NCBI GenBank assembly: GCA_964351485.1
Contig: CAYGOX010000004.1
Location: 1-35,759, forward strand
Reading direction: 5' to 3'
Length of the DNA stretch: 35,759 nucleotides
From: an uncultured Halioglobus sp.
GTDB taxonomy: Bacteria > Pseudomonadota > Gammaproteobacteria > Pseudomonadales > Halieaceae
In this document: piece after piece, positions 27,391-35,759 of the stretch
Layout of the letters: every line of letters begins with the position of its first letter
How positions within the stretch are numbered: the stretch's first letter is position 1
Notes under the pieces: generated by a model
The model's input: the letters and a program-made list of their open reading frames with translations, nothing else
What the model was told of the DNA's origin: nothing
The model's database searches: none
Translations under genes and position numbers: made by a program

Positions 27391-29025
27391 CTATAGTTTC
27401 TTCGCACGTTCCCGTAGCAGGAACTTTTGAATTTTCCCTGTTGAGGTCTTGGGCAATTCATCAAAGACGATGGTCCGCGGCATCTTGAAGCCGGCCAGGT
27501 GCTCACGGCAAAACGCCAGTAGTGCATCTTCGGTGACTGTCGCACCGTCAACCCGTTCGACAAATGCGCAGGGGCTCTCCCCCCACTTTTCGTCGGGCCG
27601 GGCCACGACAGCCGCCGCCAGCACCTCGGGATGGCGGTGCAATGCGCCCTCGACCTCGATGGAGGAGATATTCTCTCCGCCGGAAATAATAATGTCCTTG
27701 GAGCGATCCTTGATCTCGATGTAACTATCCGGGTGCTTCACCGCAAGATCGCCCGAATGAAACCAGCCGCCCGCGAAGGCCTCGGCTGTCGCCTCGGGGT
27801 TTTTCAGGTAGCCCTTCATCACGACGTGACCGCGAAACATCACCTCGCCAATGGTCTGCCCGTCGGCCGGCACTGGCGTCAGGGTCGCTGGATCCAGTAC
27901 GTCCAGGCCACCCAGCACAGGGTACGGTACCCCCTGACGCGCCTTCATCGCGGCGCGCTCCCCGGCGGGCAGCGCGTTCCAGTCCTCCTGCCAGGCGCAG
28001 TACACACAGGGCCCGTAGACTTCGGTAAGACCGTAGGTATGAGTGATGCTCGTGCCCAGTGCCTCCATCGCGGCAATGACCGCCGCCGGGGGCGCGGCGC
28101 CGGCCGTCATCACCTGCAAACCGGGCGGCAACTTCTCGCGCAGCGATGCCGGGGCATTGGCCATCATCGACAGGACAATTGGCGCACCGCAGAGGTGGGT
28201 GACGCCCTCGGCAACCACCGCCTCGATAATCGCTTCTGGCGCCACATCGCGCAGACAAACGTGCGTCCCGGCCTTGAGTGTGATCGTCCAGGGGAAACAC
28301 CATCCGTTGCAGTGGAACATGGGCAGGGTCCACAGGTAGACGGGGTCGCCCTGCAACTGCCAGGCCTCGGCGTTGCCGATCGCGTTGAGGTAGGCACCGC
28401 GATGGTGATACACCACGCCCTTGGGGTTGCCCGTGGTACCGGACGTATAGTTCAGTGCCAGCGATTGCCAGTCGTCGGCAATCGCTCGTACCGGGGGTCC
28501 GTCTCCCGCCGATTCAAGCAGTGCCTCGTACGTCATCGAACCGATGTGTCTGTCACGGGGACCGAGGTGATCGTCCAGGTCGATGACAACGGGCTTGCGC
28601 CCGCTGATCTCCAGTGCCTCGCGGGCAACATCGGCAAACTGTGCATCGGCCAACAGCACATCGCATTCACCGTGGTCGAGAATATACGCGATGGTCGCGG
28701 CCTCGAGGCGGATGTTGATGCTGTTCAGCACGGCACCGCAAAGCGGCACGCCGAAGTGGGCCTCCAGGTGCGCCGGCACATTCGGTGCGATGATCGAAAC
28801 GGTACTGCCCGGCCCCACGCCCAGATCGGCAAGCGCACTCGCAAGGGCCTCGCAGCGGCGCAGGAGCGTGGCGTAATCGTAACGAAGATCGCCGTGCACG
28901 ACCGCGGTCTTCTGCGGATAGATTCTCGCTGTATGGTGCAAAAAATGTACCGGCGTCAACGCCTCGAAATTCGCCGGCTGCCGATCGAGGCCCGCGTGAA
29001 AAGGGCTGTTGTTCTGTTGGTTCAT
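27391..29025 (-). CDS. AMP-forming acyl-CoA synthetase (short/medium-chain type)
   Basis: ANFEALTP, LNYTSGTTGNPKGVVYHHRGAYL, LPMFHCNGW, TYGLTEVYGP, GWFHSGDLA, DRSKDIIISGGENISSIEVE and LPKTSTGKIQK. Confidence 0.96.
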   Translation of the reverse strand: MNQQNNSPFHAGLDRQPANFEALTPVHFLHHTARIYPQKTAVVHGDLRYDYATLLRRCEALASALADLGVGPGSTVSIIAPNVPAHLEAHFGVPLCGAVLNSINIRLEAATIAYILDHGECDVLLADAQFADVAREALEISGRKPVVIDLDDHLGPRDRHIGSMTYEALLESAGDGPPVRAIADDWQSLALNYTSGTTGNPKGVVYHHRGAYLNAIGNAEAWQLQGDPVYLWTLPMFHCNGWCFPWTITLKAGTHVCLRDVAPEAIIEAVVAEGVTHLCGAPIVLSMMANAPASLREKLPPGLQVMTAGAAPPAAVIAAMEALGTSITHTYGLTEVYGPCVYCAWQEDWNALPAGERAAMKARQGVPYPVLGGLDVLDPATLTPVPADGQTIGEVMFRGHVVMKGYLKNPEATAEAFAGGWFHSGDLAVKHPDSYIEIKDRSKDIIISGGENISSIEVEGALHRHPEVLAAAVVARPDEKWGESPCAFVERVDGATVTEDALLAFCREHLAGFKMPRTIVFDELPKTSTGKIQKFLLRERAKKL

Positions 29026-30488
29026 CGACTGTCTCCGGTCCGGTTGTTCTCTAGCTCCTGCAAAAATTCCGCTGCGAACCGCTGCGCCTGCACCAGCACA
29101 TTGACCAGCGGCGAGATATCGTCGGGTGCGGCGCGAACCCGCCGCAAAGCCCGACCCAGTTCACCGCGAAGCCCAAGCGTGCGCGGAAACAACAACGGCA
29201 TTTCGCCCTCGCGCTCCAGTGCGCGATTGATAAAGGTCAGGGCCACCCGGGCATTGCCGTCGGCAAAGGGATGCAGATCGAGCAGTGTCAGCAATTGTAC
29301 TGCGGCACCAGACAGACCCGGCGGCAACACGGGATAGAGTTGTCCGATCACGTGCTGCACAGTGGCACTGGCAGATCGCGGTTCGACACGCCGCAGACGG
29401 GGATTGTGCGGCGACCAGTTTTGCGTGTACTTGAAGTGGCCGGGCGAAAAACCGTCAATGCGCTCGCAGCAGATTGCGTGAATACTGCGCCACTGCGCTT
29501 CGACCTGGTGAGGCGCCGCAGTTCCTTCCGCCTCGCTCCGATGCGCGATCACCGCATCGCGAACATTGAGCGACTCCCTGAGTTCTGCATCATCGTGCGC
29601 GGATTGCGCCTCCACGTCCAGCGCCAGGTACTCGTCGACGGTGTTCACCAGGGGAATCATGAACACCCCCTCGATCAGCGGCCAGTCAGGTGGCAGTGAT
29701 GGAGCCGCAAGCGATGGTCGATCCGCCAGCCGTCGGGCACTGGCCGCGTACCGGGCGAAGGCCGCGATAGCCAACTCATCCACTTCCTGTACCGACTCGG
29801 GCAGTGCCTGCAGGGCCTGCTCCAGTGCGCCGGTGCCCGCCCCGTCGACCACTGCCTGTAGCGCTCTCGCCAACCGGTGGTACTCGCCCAGCGCCGCCTG
29901 CGCGTTGGTAACTTCATTCTGTTCAACCGGCGGCAGGCGAGACGCGGCCAGTTCCGACAGCGATGCCGCCGCTGCGTCGAAGTCCCCGCTTTCCAAAAGA
30001 AGTGTCGCCCGATTAACGCGCGCCAGGGAAAAAGCCGCATCGCGCTGAATCGCCTCGTCGTACAGGCAAAACGCGGTGGCCGCTTCGCGGCGTGAGCGCA
30101 GGTGGCAGGCCAGCTTGTTGAGCGCCTGCGGGCTGCGCTCCAGACTGACAGCCTCCTCGTAGGCGCGAGCCGCCGCGTCCGCCTGACCGAGCAGGCGAAG
30201 CACATCGCCCTGCAGCATGGGAATCGTTGCCAGCGTCGGGTTGAGTACGCGGGCCCGCTTCAATGCTGTTTCTGCTGCATCCAGTTCACCCAATTGCAAC
30301 AGCACCGACCCCAGGTTGACCCACCCCTCGAAACGTTTCGGCTGCAACCGGGTGGCGGCAGCGAATGCGCGGCGAGCAACGTCCAACTGCCGGTGCCGGA
30401 ACGCCCGTTGACCGGCCTGCATTTTTTCAAGCCAGGCCTGCGACTTTTTGGATGTCGCCCCGGCCCCTCGCCTGGTCTCGCTTGGCAT
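29022..30488 (-). CDS. TPR-repeat + Fic-domain protein (paralog 1)
   Basis: About 4-5 TPR-like repeats (GWVNLGSVL, GDVLRLLG, ALNKLAC, RVNRATL), IHAICC, PGHFKYTQ and Fic loop LHPFADGNARVAL (His at 29271-29273). Start placed at MPSETR (30488) with AGGAG upstream; its stop overlaps the ligase start. Confidence 0.9.
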   Translation of the reverse strand: MPSETRRGAGATSKKSQAWLEKMQAGQRAFRHRQLDVARRAFAAATRLQPKRFEGWVNLGSVLLQLGELDAAETALKRARVLNPTLATIPMLQGDVLRLLGQADAAARAYEEAVSLERSPQALNKLACHLRSRREAATAFCLYDEAIQRDAAFSLARVNRATLLLESGDFDAAAASLSELAASRLPPVEQNEVTNAQAALGEYHRLARALQAVVDGAGTGALEQALQALPESVQEVDELAIAAFARYAASARRLADRPSLAAPSLPPDWPLIEGVFMIPLVNTVDEYLALDVEAQSAHDDAELRESLNVRDAVIAHRSEAEGTAAPHQVEAQWRSIHAICCERIDGFSPGHFKYTQNWSPHNPRLRRVEPRSASATVQHVIGQLYPVLPPGLSGAAVQLLTLLDLHPFADGNARVALTFINRALEREGEMPLLFPRTLGLRGELGRALRRVRAAPDDISPLVNVLVQAQRFAAEFLQELENNRTGDSR

Positions 30489-30630
30489 TGCGATACTGTC
30501 TCCTGATTGGACGGCGCTGCGCGCCACCGTGGGCGCGAGCTTAACGAAATTCGACCCGGGGCGCGAACCGCTGGACAACCGCCGTAGGCACCATCAGACT
30601 AACCCGGCACACCAGTGAGGAACCAGGACC

Positions 30631-32085
30631 GTGACCACGACCCAGCCCGCCAGCAATCCAGCACAGACTTCTCCCGACCCACAATGGTTATCGCTGATGC
30701 GCAGGGGCCAGGACGCGTTCAAACAAGGGAAAATGCACGACGCCATCCTGGCTTTCAAGGCCGCCACGGACACCGAGCCCACACAGACCGCCGGCTGGAT
30801 CAACCTCGGCTCCGCACTGCTTGAACACGGCCAGGCGGAATCCGCTGTGCGGGCAATTCGCAACGCAATCTCTCTCAACCCGGCGCAGATGCTGCCGCAC
30901 ATGATGATGGGAGACGCCCTGCGCCAGCTGGGCCGGCCCCGGCAGGCGCTGGAAGCCTACCAGCAGGCGGTCGAACGCAAGCGGCACCCGGCGGCGCTGA
31001 ACAAGCTGGCCTGCGCGCTGCGCAGCAAAGGGCGGGTGCGCGAGGCCGAGGCATTGCTCCGCGAGGCGATGGAGAGCGAACCGCGCTTCACCCTGCCCAG
31101 GGTCAACCTGGCGACCATGAAACTGGAAACCGATGCGCTGGACGAAGCGCAATCCCTGCTGCAGGCCCTGTCAGAAACCGCACTTCAGCCTGCCGAGCAG
31201 GAAGAGGTGCGCGCGGCAGGCATCGCGCTCACGCTGCGCCGGCAACTGGGCCAGCCGATTGCAGACCTTCTCCAGAGCGCAGATTTCAAAGCTTTCGAAC
31301 GCGCGCTGGAGCATTCACCAGAGGAAACTTTCGGCACTGATAAATCGATATGGGAACAGCTCGCACGCTACGGTGAACATGCCAACGCGCTTCAGGTGAC
31401 GCCGGTTGACCTCACGCATCCGCTGCCCGAGCACTGGCCCCGCATCGAGGCCGTGTATACGATTCCGTTGGCGAACGATCCCGCGCACTGCCAGGAACTG
31501 GCTAGCTCGCTGCAGTCCTCATCCGACCACGACGCCAACCTCGCAAAAGCACGGGGTGTCAGCAACGCTGTGAGCGCGGCCAGGCAAACGCTGCCGGCCG
31601 AGCCCGCGGGTGCAGACATGGAAGCGAGACTGCGGTACTGGCATGGCCTGGCCTGCGAATTCGATCCCGGTGTGAAACCCGGCCATTTCAAATACACCCA
31701 GTTCTGGGTGCCCAACGAACCCACGCGACGCCGTGGCGAACCCATACTCTGCGGCGCGACGTTCCGAGCCTTTTGTGACGACATCCTGTCGCAGGCAGCC
31801 CCGGGCTATCCGCGCGCGGCCCTGGTCATGATGGCCATAGCCGACATACACCCCTTCGCCGACGGCAACACGCGCGTCGCGTTAACCTGGATGAACCGCG
31901 AGCTGGAAGCAGCCGGGCTGCAGCCGGCCATTTTCCCTGCCGGTGACGGGATGCGCGACACATTGAAAAAGGTGATGTCGCAGGTCAGGGAGCGCAACGG
32001 CGACCTGACCCCGCTGGTTGACCATGTCGTGTGTGGACAGCAGGCTGGCCTGGAACTGCTCGCAGCGCTGCCAGCGGCGCATTAG
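30631..32085 (+). CDS. TPR-repeat + Fic-domain protein (paralog 2)
   Basis: TPR-like repeats (GWINLGSAL, GDALRQLG, ALNKLAC, RVNLATM), WHGLAC, PGHFKYTQ and Fic loop IHPFADGNTRVAL (His at 31849-31851). GTG start with AGGA upstream. Confidence 0.9.
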   Translation: MTTTQPASNPAQTSPDPQWLSLMRRGQDAFKQGKMHDAILAFKAATDTEPTQTAGWINLGSALLEHGQAESAVRAIRNAISLNPAQMLPHMMMGDALRQLGRPRQALEAYQQAVERKRHPAALNKLACALRSKGRVREAEALLREAMESEPRFTLPRVNLATMKLETDALDEAQSLLQALSETALQPAEQEEVRAAGIALTLRRQLGQPIADLLQSADFKAFERALEHSPEETFGTDKSIWEQLARYGEHANALQVTPVDLTHPLPEHWPRIEAVYTIPLANDPAHCQELASSLQSSSDHDANLAKARGVSNAVSAARQTLPAEPAGADMEARLRYWHGLACEFDPGVKPGHFKYTQFWVPNEPTRRRGEPILCGATFRAFCDDILSQAAPGYPRAALVMMAIADIHPFADGNTRVALTWMNRELEAAGLQPAIFPAGDGMRDTLKKVMSQVRERNGDLTPLVDHVVCGQQAGLELLAALPAAH

Positions 32086-33107
32086 TCGCGCGGAAAATAC
32101 GCCAGCGGGTGGGTCGTGGTAATCCGCAGTTGCACGCGGTCTCCCGGCTCACACTGCAGTTCGTGACTGCATCGCACCTTGACCTGTTCGCCGGCCTCCG
32201 TGGTGACCGCGTACAGCCTTGCACTGCCCTCGTACCGCGCCCAGGAGACCACCCCATTACCCGTGTCGCTGGCAGCCAGCGAAAGGTCGTCGGGGCGCAG
32301 CAACAGGCTCACCTCGCCCGCGGCACCGGCAACAGGCACACCCGGCGCCGTGCCCAGTGAGGTTTCCACCGCATCCGCGTGGTTGCCCACCCGACCATTG
32401 ACGAAGCTCGCTTCACCCAGAAACCGGGCGACAAACGCGTTTGCGGGGCAGCTGTAACAGTTTTCCGGTGTGTCGACCTGCTCCAGCCGACCGTTTCGCA
32501 ATACGCCCACCCTGTCACCTACCGACAGCGCCTCATCCTGGTCGTGCGTCACCCAGATTGCCGGCACATTGGCCGCCTTGAGGGCATTGCGGATTTCCCA
32601 GCGGACATCGTCCTTGAGCGCGGCATCGAGATTGGACAACGGTTCATCCAGCAGGACACAGGCCGGGCGATGGGCCAACGTCCGGGCCAGCGCAACACGC
32701 TGCTTCTGCCCACCCGACAGCGTCGCCGGGCGCGCATGCCGGTGCGCCTCCAGGCCCAGCCGCTCAATCCAGTAGTCGGCCTGCGCGGTGTCGGCCAGCC
32801 GGAAACGGATGTTCTGCTCTACATCGAGATGGGGAAAGAGAGCAAAATCCTGGAACACCATGCCCACGTTGCGCTTCTCCGGGGGCACGGGATGTTCGGG
32901 CGTCGCACGCCAGTTCCCCAGCTGTACAGAACCCGAAGCTATCGGTACAAGCCCGGCCAGTGCCTGCAATACTGTAGTCTTGCCACATCCGGTCGGGCCG
33001 ACCAGCATGAGAATTTCGTTCTCCGCGAGCGTAAACGCCACGTCCGACACCACTGTCGTGGCGCCGTATTTTACGGACAGCCCAGTGACGATCAGTTCTC
33101 GACTCAT
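32082..33107 (-). CDS. Fe3+ ABC transporter ATP-binding subunit (FbpC/SfuC-like)
   Basis: Walker A GPTGCGKTT, VFQDFALFPHL, LSGGQKQRVALAR, LLDEPLSNLD, VTHDQDEA and a C-terminal TOBE-like region. Confidence 0.93.
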   Translation of the reverse strand: MSRELIVTGLSVKYGATTVVSDVAFTLAENEILMLVGPTGCGKTTVLQALAGLVPIASGSVQLGNWRATPEHPVPPEKRNVGMVFQDFALFPHLDVEQNIRFRLADTAQADYWIERLGLEAHRHARPATLSGGQKQRVALARTLAHRPACVLLDEPLSNLDAALKDDVRWEIRNALKAANVPAIWVTHDQDEALSVGDRVGVLRNGRLEQVDTPENCYSCPANAFVARFLGEASFVNGRVGNHADAVETSLGTAPGVPVAGAAGEVSLLLRPDDLSLAASDTGNGVVSWARYEGSARLYAVTTEAGEQVKVRCSHELQCEPGDRVQLRITTTHPLAYFPRD

Positions 33108-34618
33108 GCGGAGGGTTCACTCTCTTGCAGGCCCCAACGCTCACCGCTGAACATCAGTGCCAGGGCCACCGCGGAAATGGCAACCAACAGAAGCCCGGGC
33201 ACCGCAGCCTGGCCGAAGTAACCCGCTTCATACACGCGCCACAGGTACGTGGCCAGCGTGTCGAAGTCGGTGGGACCGAGTAAAAGGGTTGCGGGTAGTT
33301 CTCGCATGGCTTCCAAAAATACCAGGGCTGCACCGGCTACTATACCGCGAAGCGTGAGCGGCAGGGTGACTCTCCGAAAGGCTTCGGCGGGCGATGCACC
33401 CAGCACGCGGGCCGCACTGACCAGTGAATCGTCGAGGTTTTCACTGGCCGAGCGCACCGATCCCACCGCCAGCGGCAGGAACCGCAGGACATAGGCGGCC
33501 ACGAGCAACGCCAGTGTCTGGTAGAGCACCGGTAACTGCAGGCCCACGTACACCAGCGCCGTGCCCATCACGATGCCGGGCACCCCGAAACCGAGATACG
33601 TGACCCGCTCCATGAAGCGGCCGGTACGACCGCGCAGCGCGGCCCGGGCCACCGGGATGGCCAGCACCACCGCAACCAGCGCCGCGAGCAGGGAGGCGTT
33701 GGCGGAATTGAGCGCAAGCTGCCAGTCAAAGTCCTGGGCCCCGTCGCGCCACAGCCACAGGCCAAACACCGCCAGGGGCAGCACAATCGCCGCGACGATA
33801 ATCGGCAGGACGCCCGCGAGCATCAGCGCACCCTGGCGGTGGGTGGGCCACAGCACCAGCGGCCGTCCCGGCCGTTCGGCAGAGCCGCCGACCCGCGATT
33901 CGAGAAACAGGAAAAGCCCGACAATGATCAACAGCTGCAGCGACAACATCGCCGCCTGACTCAGGCCGAACGCGTTGTACTCGACGTAGATAACCCGCGT
34001 GAAGGTATCCACATTCATAATGGCCGGCGTACCGAAATCCGACAGCGCGTACAACCCGGCGAGCAGGGCGCCGGCCGCGATACCGTTGGTGACACGCGGC
34101 AGCACGATGCGCCACAGGCTTTCAAACAGCGATAGTCCGAGCGTACGCGCAGCATGCACGTGACTGGCGTCGAGGCTGCACAGCGAAGCGCGCGTGGTCA
34201 GCAGCACAAAGGGATAGGTGTACAGCGCCATGACCAGCGACGCGCCGGCCAGGCCCTCCATCGACGGTGACGGCAGGCCGATCACGGTATCGAGTTCGCC
34301 TCCGGGACCGAACGCGGCGTAAAAGGTGAAAGCGCCGATGTAACTGGGCATGGCCAGCGGCGCGGCGAGCAAGACCAGCCACAGGCGCCGCAGCGGTAAT
34401 GCAACATAGGCAGTCAGCAGCGCCAGCGGCACCCCGATCAGTACGGCACCCACTACCGTGAACAACACCAGCAGCAGGGTGTTGAGCAGCACATCGAGAT
34501 TGCGACTGTCCAGTACCAACGGTTCCTGCAACGCCAGCGCCACCAGCACCACCAGCGGCAACAGTGCCGCGACCGCGATGGGCAGGCTCGCTGCGTAGGC
34601 TGTCGGGAACTGCTTCAT
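33104..34618 (-). CDS. Fe3+ ABC transporter permease (FbpB/SfuB-like, duplicated TM domain)
   Basis: About 12 TM helices with two EAA-type loops (HAARTLG, SAARVLG), LSDFG and MRELPATLLLGP. Confidence 0.93.
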   Translation of the reverse strand: MKQFPTAYAASLPIAVAALLPLVVLVALALQEPLVLDSRNLDVLLNTLLLVLFTVVGAVLIGVPLALLTAYVALPLRRLWLVLLAAPLAMPSYIGAFTFYAAFGPGGELDTVIGLPSPSMEGLAGASLVMALYTYPFVLLTTRASLCSLDASHVHAARTLGLSLFESLWRIVLPRVTNGIAAGALLAGLYALSDFGTPAIMNVDTFTRVIYVEYNAFGLSQAAMLSLQLLIIVGLFLFLESRVGGSAERPGRPLVLWPTHRQGALMLAGVLPIIVAAIVLPLAVFGLWLWRDGAQDFDWQLALNSANASLLAALVAVVLAIPVARAALRGRTGRFMERVTYLGFGVPGIVMGTALVYVGLQLPVLYQTLALLVAAYVLRFLPLAVGSVRSASENLDDSLVSAARVLGASPAEAFRRVTLPLTLRGIVAGAALVFLEAMRELPATLLLGPTDFDTLATYLWRVYEAGYFGQAAVPGLLLVAISAVALALMFSGERWGLQESEPSA

Positions 34619-35646
34619 AGCACGCCGGCGGCGCGCATCAGGTCCAGCGTGGGGCGCAGGTCGGCCAGGCGCGTGAGGTCCACCCGGGGCGGGTTGATGG
34701 CGTCCAGCGCGGGTATCCCCGGCGGAGTTGCCACGCCGTCCACCAGCGGGATTTCATAGGCCTCGCTGGCCAGGTAGGACTGCACCTCCCGCGTCAGCAG
34801 GTAGCGGATGAAATTGACCGCGGTCGCCCCGGGCCGCAGGGCGACAACGCCCGATGCATTGACCAGACAACCCGCGTCATTATTGGTAAACGCGAGCTCA
34901 ATCGCGGCGTCCGGACGGCCGGACCTGAGCCGCAGCGTGTAGTAATGATTGGCAAGACCGATATCGACCGCGCCGCGCTCAACCGCCATTACAACGCCCA
35001 GCTCACCGGCGTACCGGGTGGCGCGCGACTTCACGCCGCGCAGCCAGTCGGACGTCGCCTTGTCACCTTCCAGCAGCCGCATGGCGGTGACAAACGACTG
35101 GAACGAGGCGTAGGCCGGCGCCCAGCCAATGGACAGATCACTGTCCGCCAGATCCATCACGCTGTCGGGAATTTTGTCGGCACTGAGCCGCTCGGTGTTG
35201 TACGGCAGCGTACGGATACGCCCGGTCACAGGGACCCAGTTCCCGAAGCGAAACTGGGGCTGGAGCTGGTCGACAAGGTCTGAGGGTAAGGGCTGCGCCA
35301 GACCGGCGCCGGTAACCTGCCCCACGGCTGCTGAATCCACCGCCCAGAACAGGTCTGCCCGGTGCACACCGGCTTTTGCCTCGGCCAGGATCGCGTTGGT
35401 AAGCGCGGCGTTGGAGCCGCGGCGGATGCGCAGGTCGAAATCCGGGTTGCGATCGACGATGGCGTCCAGCACATCCTCGTACAGGCCGCCCTCACCGCGA
35501 CCGAGATAGAGCGTTAGCGATCCCTCCAGCGGCGGTAACTGCGTGACTGAGAGCGCAGGCGCCGGTGCCGCGCTCCAGCCGAGGGAACTGGACAGCGGGA
35601 GCGCGCCCGCAATACCCAGGCCCTGTAAAAATGTTCTGCGGTGCAA
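34615..35646 (-). CDS. Fe3+ ABC transporter substrate-binding protein (FbpA/FutA-like) with Tat signal
   Basis: Twin-arginine signal HRRTFL, ADLFWAVD, GRIRTLPYN, SFQSFVTAM and the Tyr iron-ligand motif LANHYY. TTG start. Confidence 0.9.
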   Translation of the reverse strand: MHRRTFLQGLGIAGALPLSSSLGWSAAPAPALSVTQLPPLEGSLTLYLGRGEGGLYEDVLDAIVDRNPDFDLRIRRGSNAALTNAILAEAKAGVHRADLFWAVDSAAVGQVTGAGLAQPLPSDLVDQLQPQFRFGNWVPVTGRIRTLPYNTERLSADKIPDSVMDLADSDLSIGWAPAYASFQSFVTAMRLLEGDKATSDWLRGVKSRATRYAGELGVVMAVERGAVDIGLANHYYTLRLRSGRPDAAIELAFTNNDAGCLVNASGVVALRPGATAVNFIRYLLTREVQSYLASEAYEIPLVDGVATPPGIPALDAINPPRVDLTRLADLRPTLDLMRAAGVL

Positions 35647-35757
35647 CTAAAACACGTCCTTTTTCTTGCGCTGGGCGCTTTCGAGCAACGACTTCGCCCT
35701 GGCGAGCTTCTCCTGCATGGCCACCACGACCGCGCGCACGCTGTCGACGCCACCATT
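35647..35757 (-). CDS. 3' end of an upstream hypothetical protein (partial)
   Basis: Hand translation ...NGGVDSVRAVVVAMQEKLARAKSLLESAQRKKKDVF*. The TAG at 35649-35647 directly abuts the TTG start of the binding-protein gene. Confidence 0.65.
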   Translation of the reverse strand, partial: NGGVDSVRAVVVAMQEKLARAKSLLESAQRKKKDVF

Positions 35758-35759
35758 TG

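Noticed and set aside
27391-29025. Calling the ligase dmdB (DMSP demethylation pathway)
   Set aside because: It belongs to the same broad family, but substrate cannot be assigned by eye and no dmdA, dmdC or dmdD genes are nearby.
27631-29337. 568-aa plus-strand ORF
   Set aside because: Antisense shadow of the acyl-CoA synthetase and TPR-Fic genes. It has no motifs, and long antisense frames are expected in GC-rich coding DNA.
30489-30630. Small antitoxin ORF between the two Fic genes
   Set aside because: The spacer is only ~140 bp and has no credible ORF with an RBS or an (S/T)xxxE(G/N) motif. Track ORFs 30594..30902 and 30615..30824 overlap paralog 2.
32379-33221. 280-aa plus-strand ORF
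   Set aside because: Typical antisense frame of an ABC ATPase gene.
1-35759. CRISPR array, tRNA/rRNA, IS element or prophage
   Set aside because: I saw no regularly spaced repeats, structural RNA signatures, transposase, integrase or phage genes. Intergenic gaps are all under ~350 bp. Short RNAs could be missed without a covariance search.

Overview
GC-rich bacterial chromosomal window, about 33 genes. The gene content (TonB receptor, sulfatase, Coq4-like, DUF3089, HDOD, Fe3+ ABC) looks like a marine gammaproteobacterium, possibly Halieaceae/OM60-NOR5; this is inference only. I found no rRNA, tRNA, CRISPR array, integrase or transposase. Left to right: (i) a minus-strand run of DsbA/FrnE-like oxidoreductase, Old Yellow Enzyme, SnoaL-like protein and a lipoprotein retropepsin-type (RimK-associated) protease that is cut by the left edge and absent from the ORF track; (ii) a small hypothetical gene, then a sterol-desaturase-family, Coq4-like, exported-protein, TonB-receptor run; (iii) a rearranged three-component glycosylation locus (GT-C transferase, GtrB-like GT2, GtrA flippase) with three SAM methyltransferases and an aldo-keto reductase; (iv) arylsulfatase, DUF3089 hydrolase, crotonase-fold enzyme and DUF523/DUF1722; (v) DUF1653 and a Ddn-like nitroreductase; (vi) a 1062-aa cytochrome c / beta-propeller / DUF1080 fusion; (vii) a hypothetical gene, FMN glutamate-synthase-family protein, HDOD protein and acyl-CoA synthetase; (viii) a head-to-head pair of full-length paralogous TPR-Fic proteins with a non-canonical active-site motif, the most unusual feature here; (ix) an Fe3+ ABC transporter operon with a Tat-exported binding protein. 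All family calls come from motifs recognised by eye; no database search was run.
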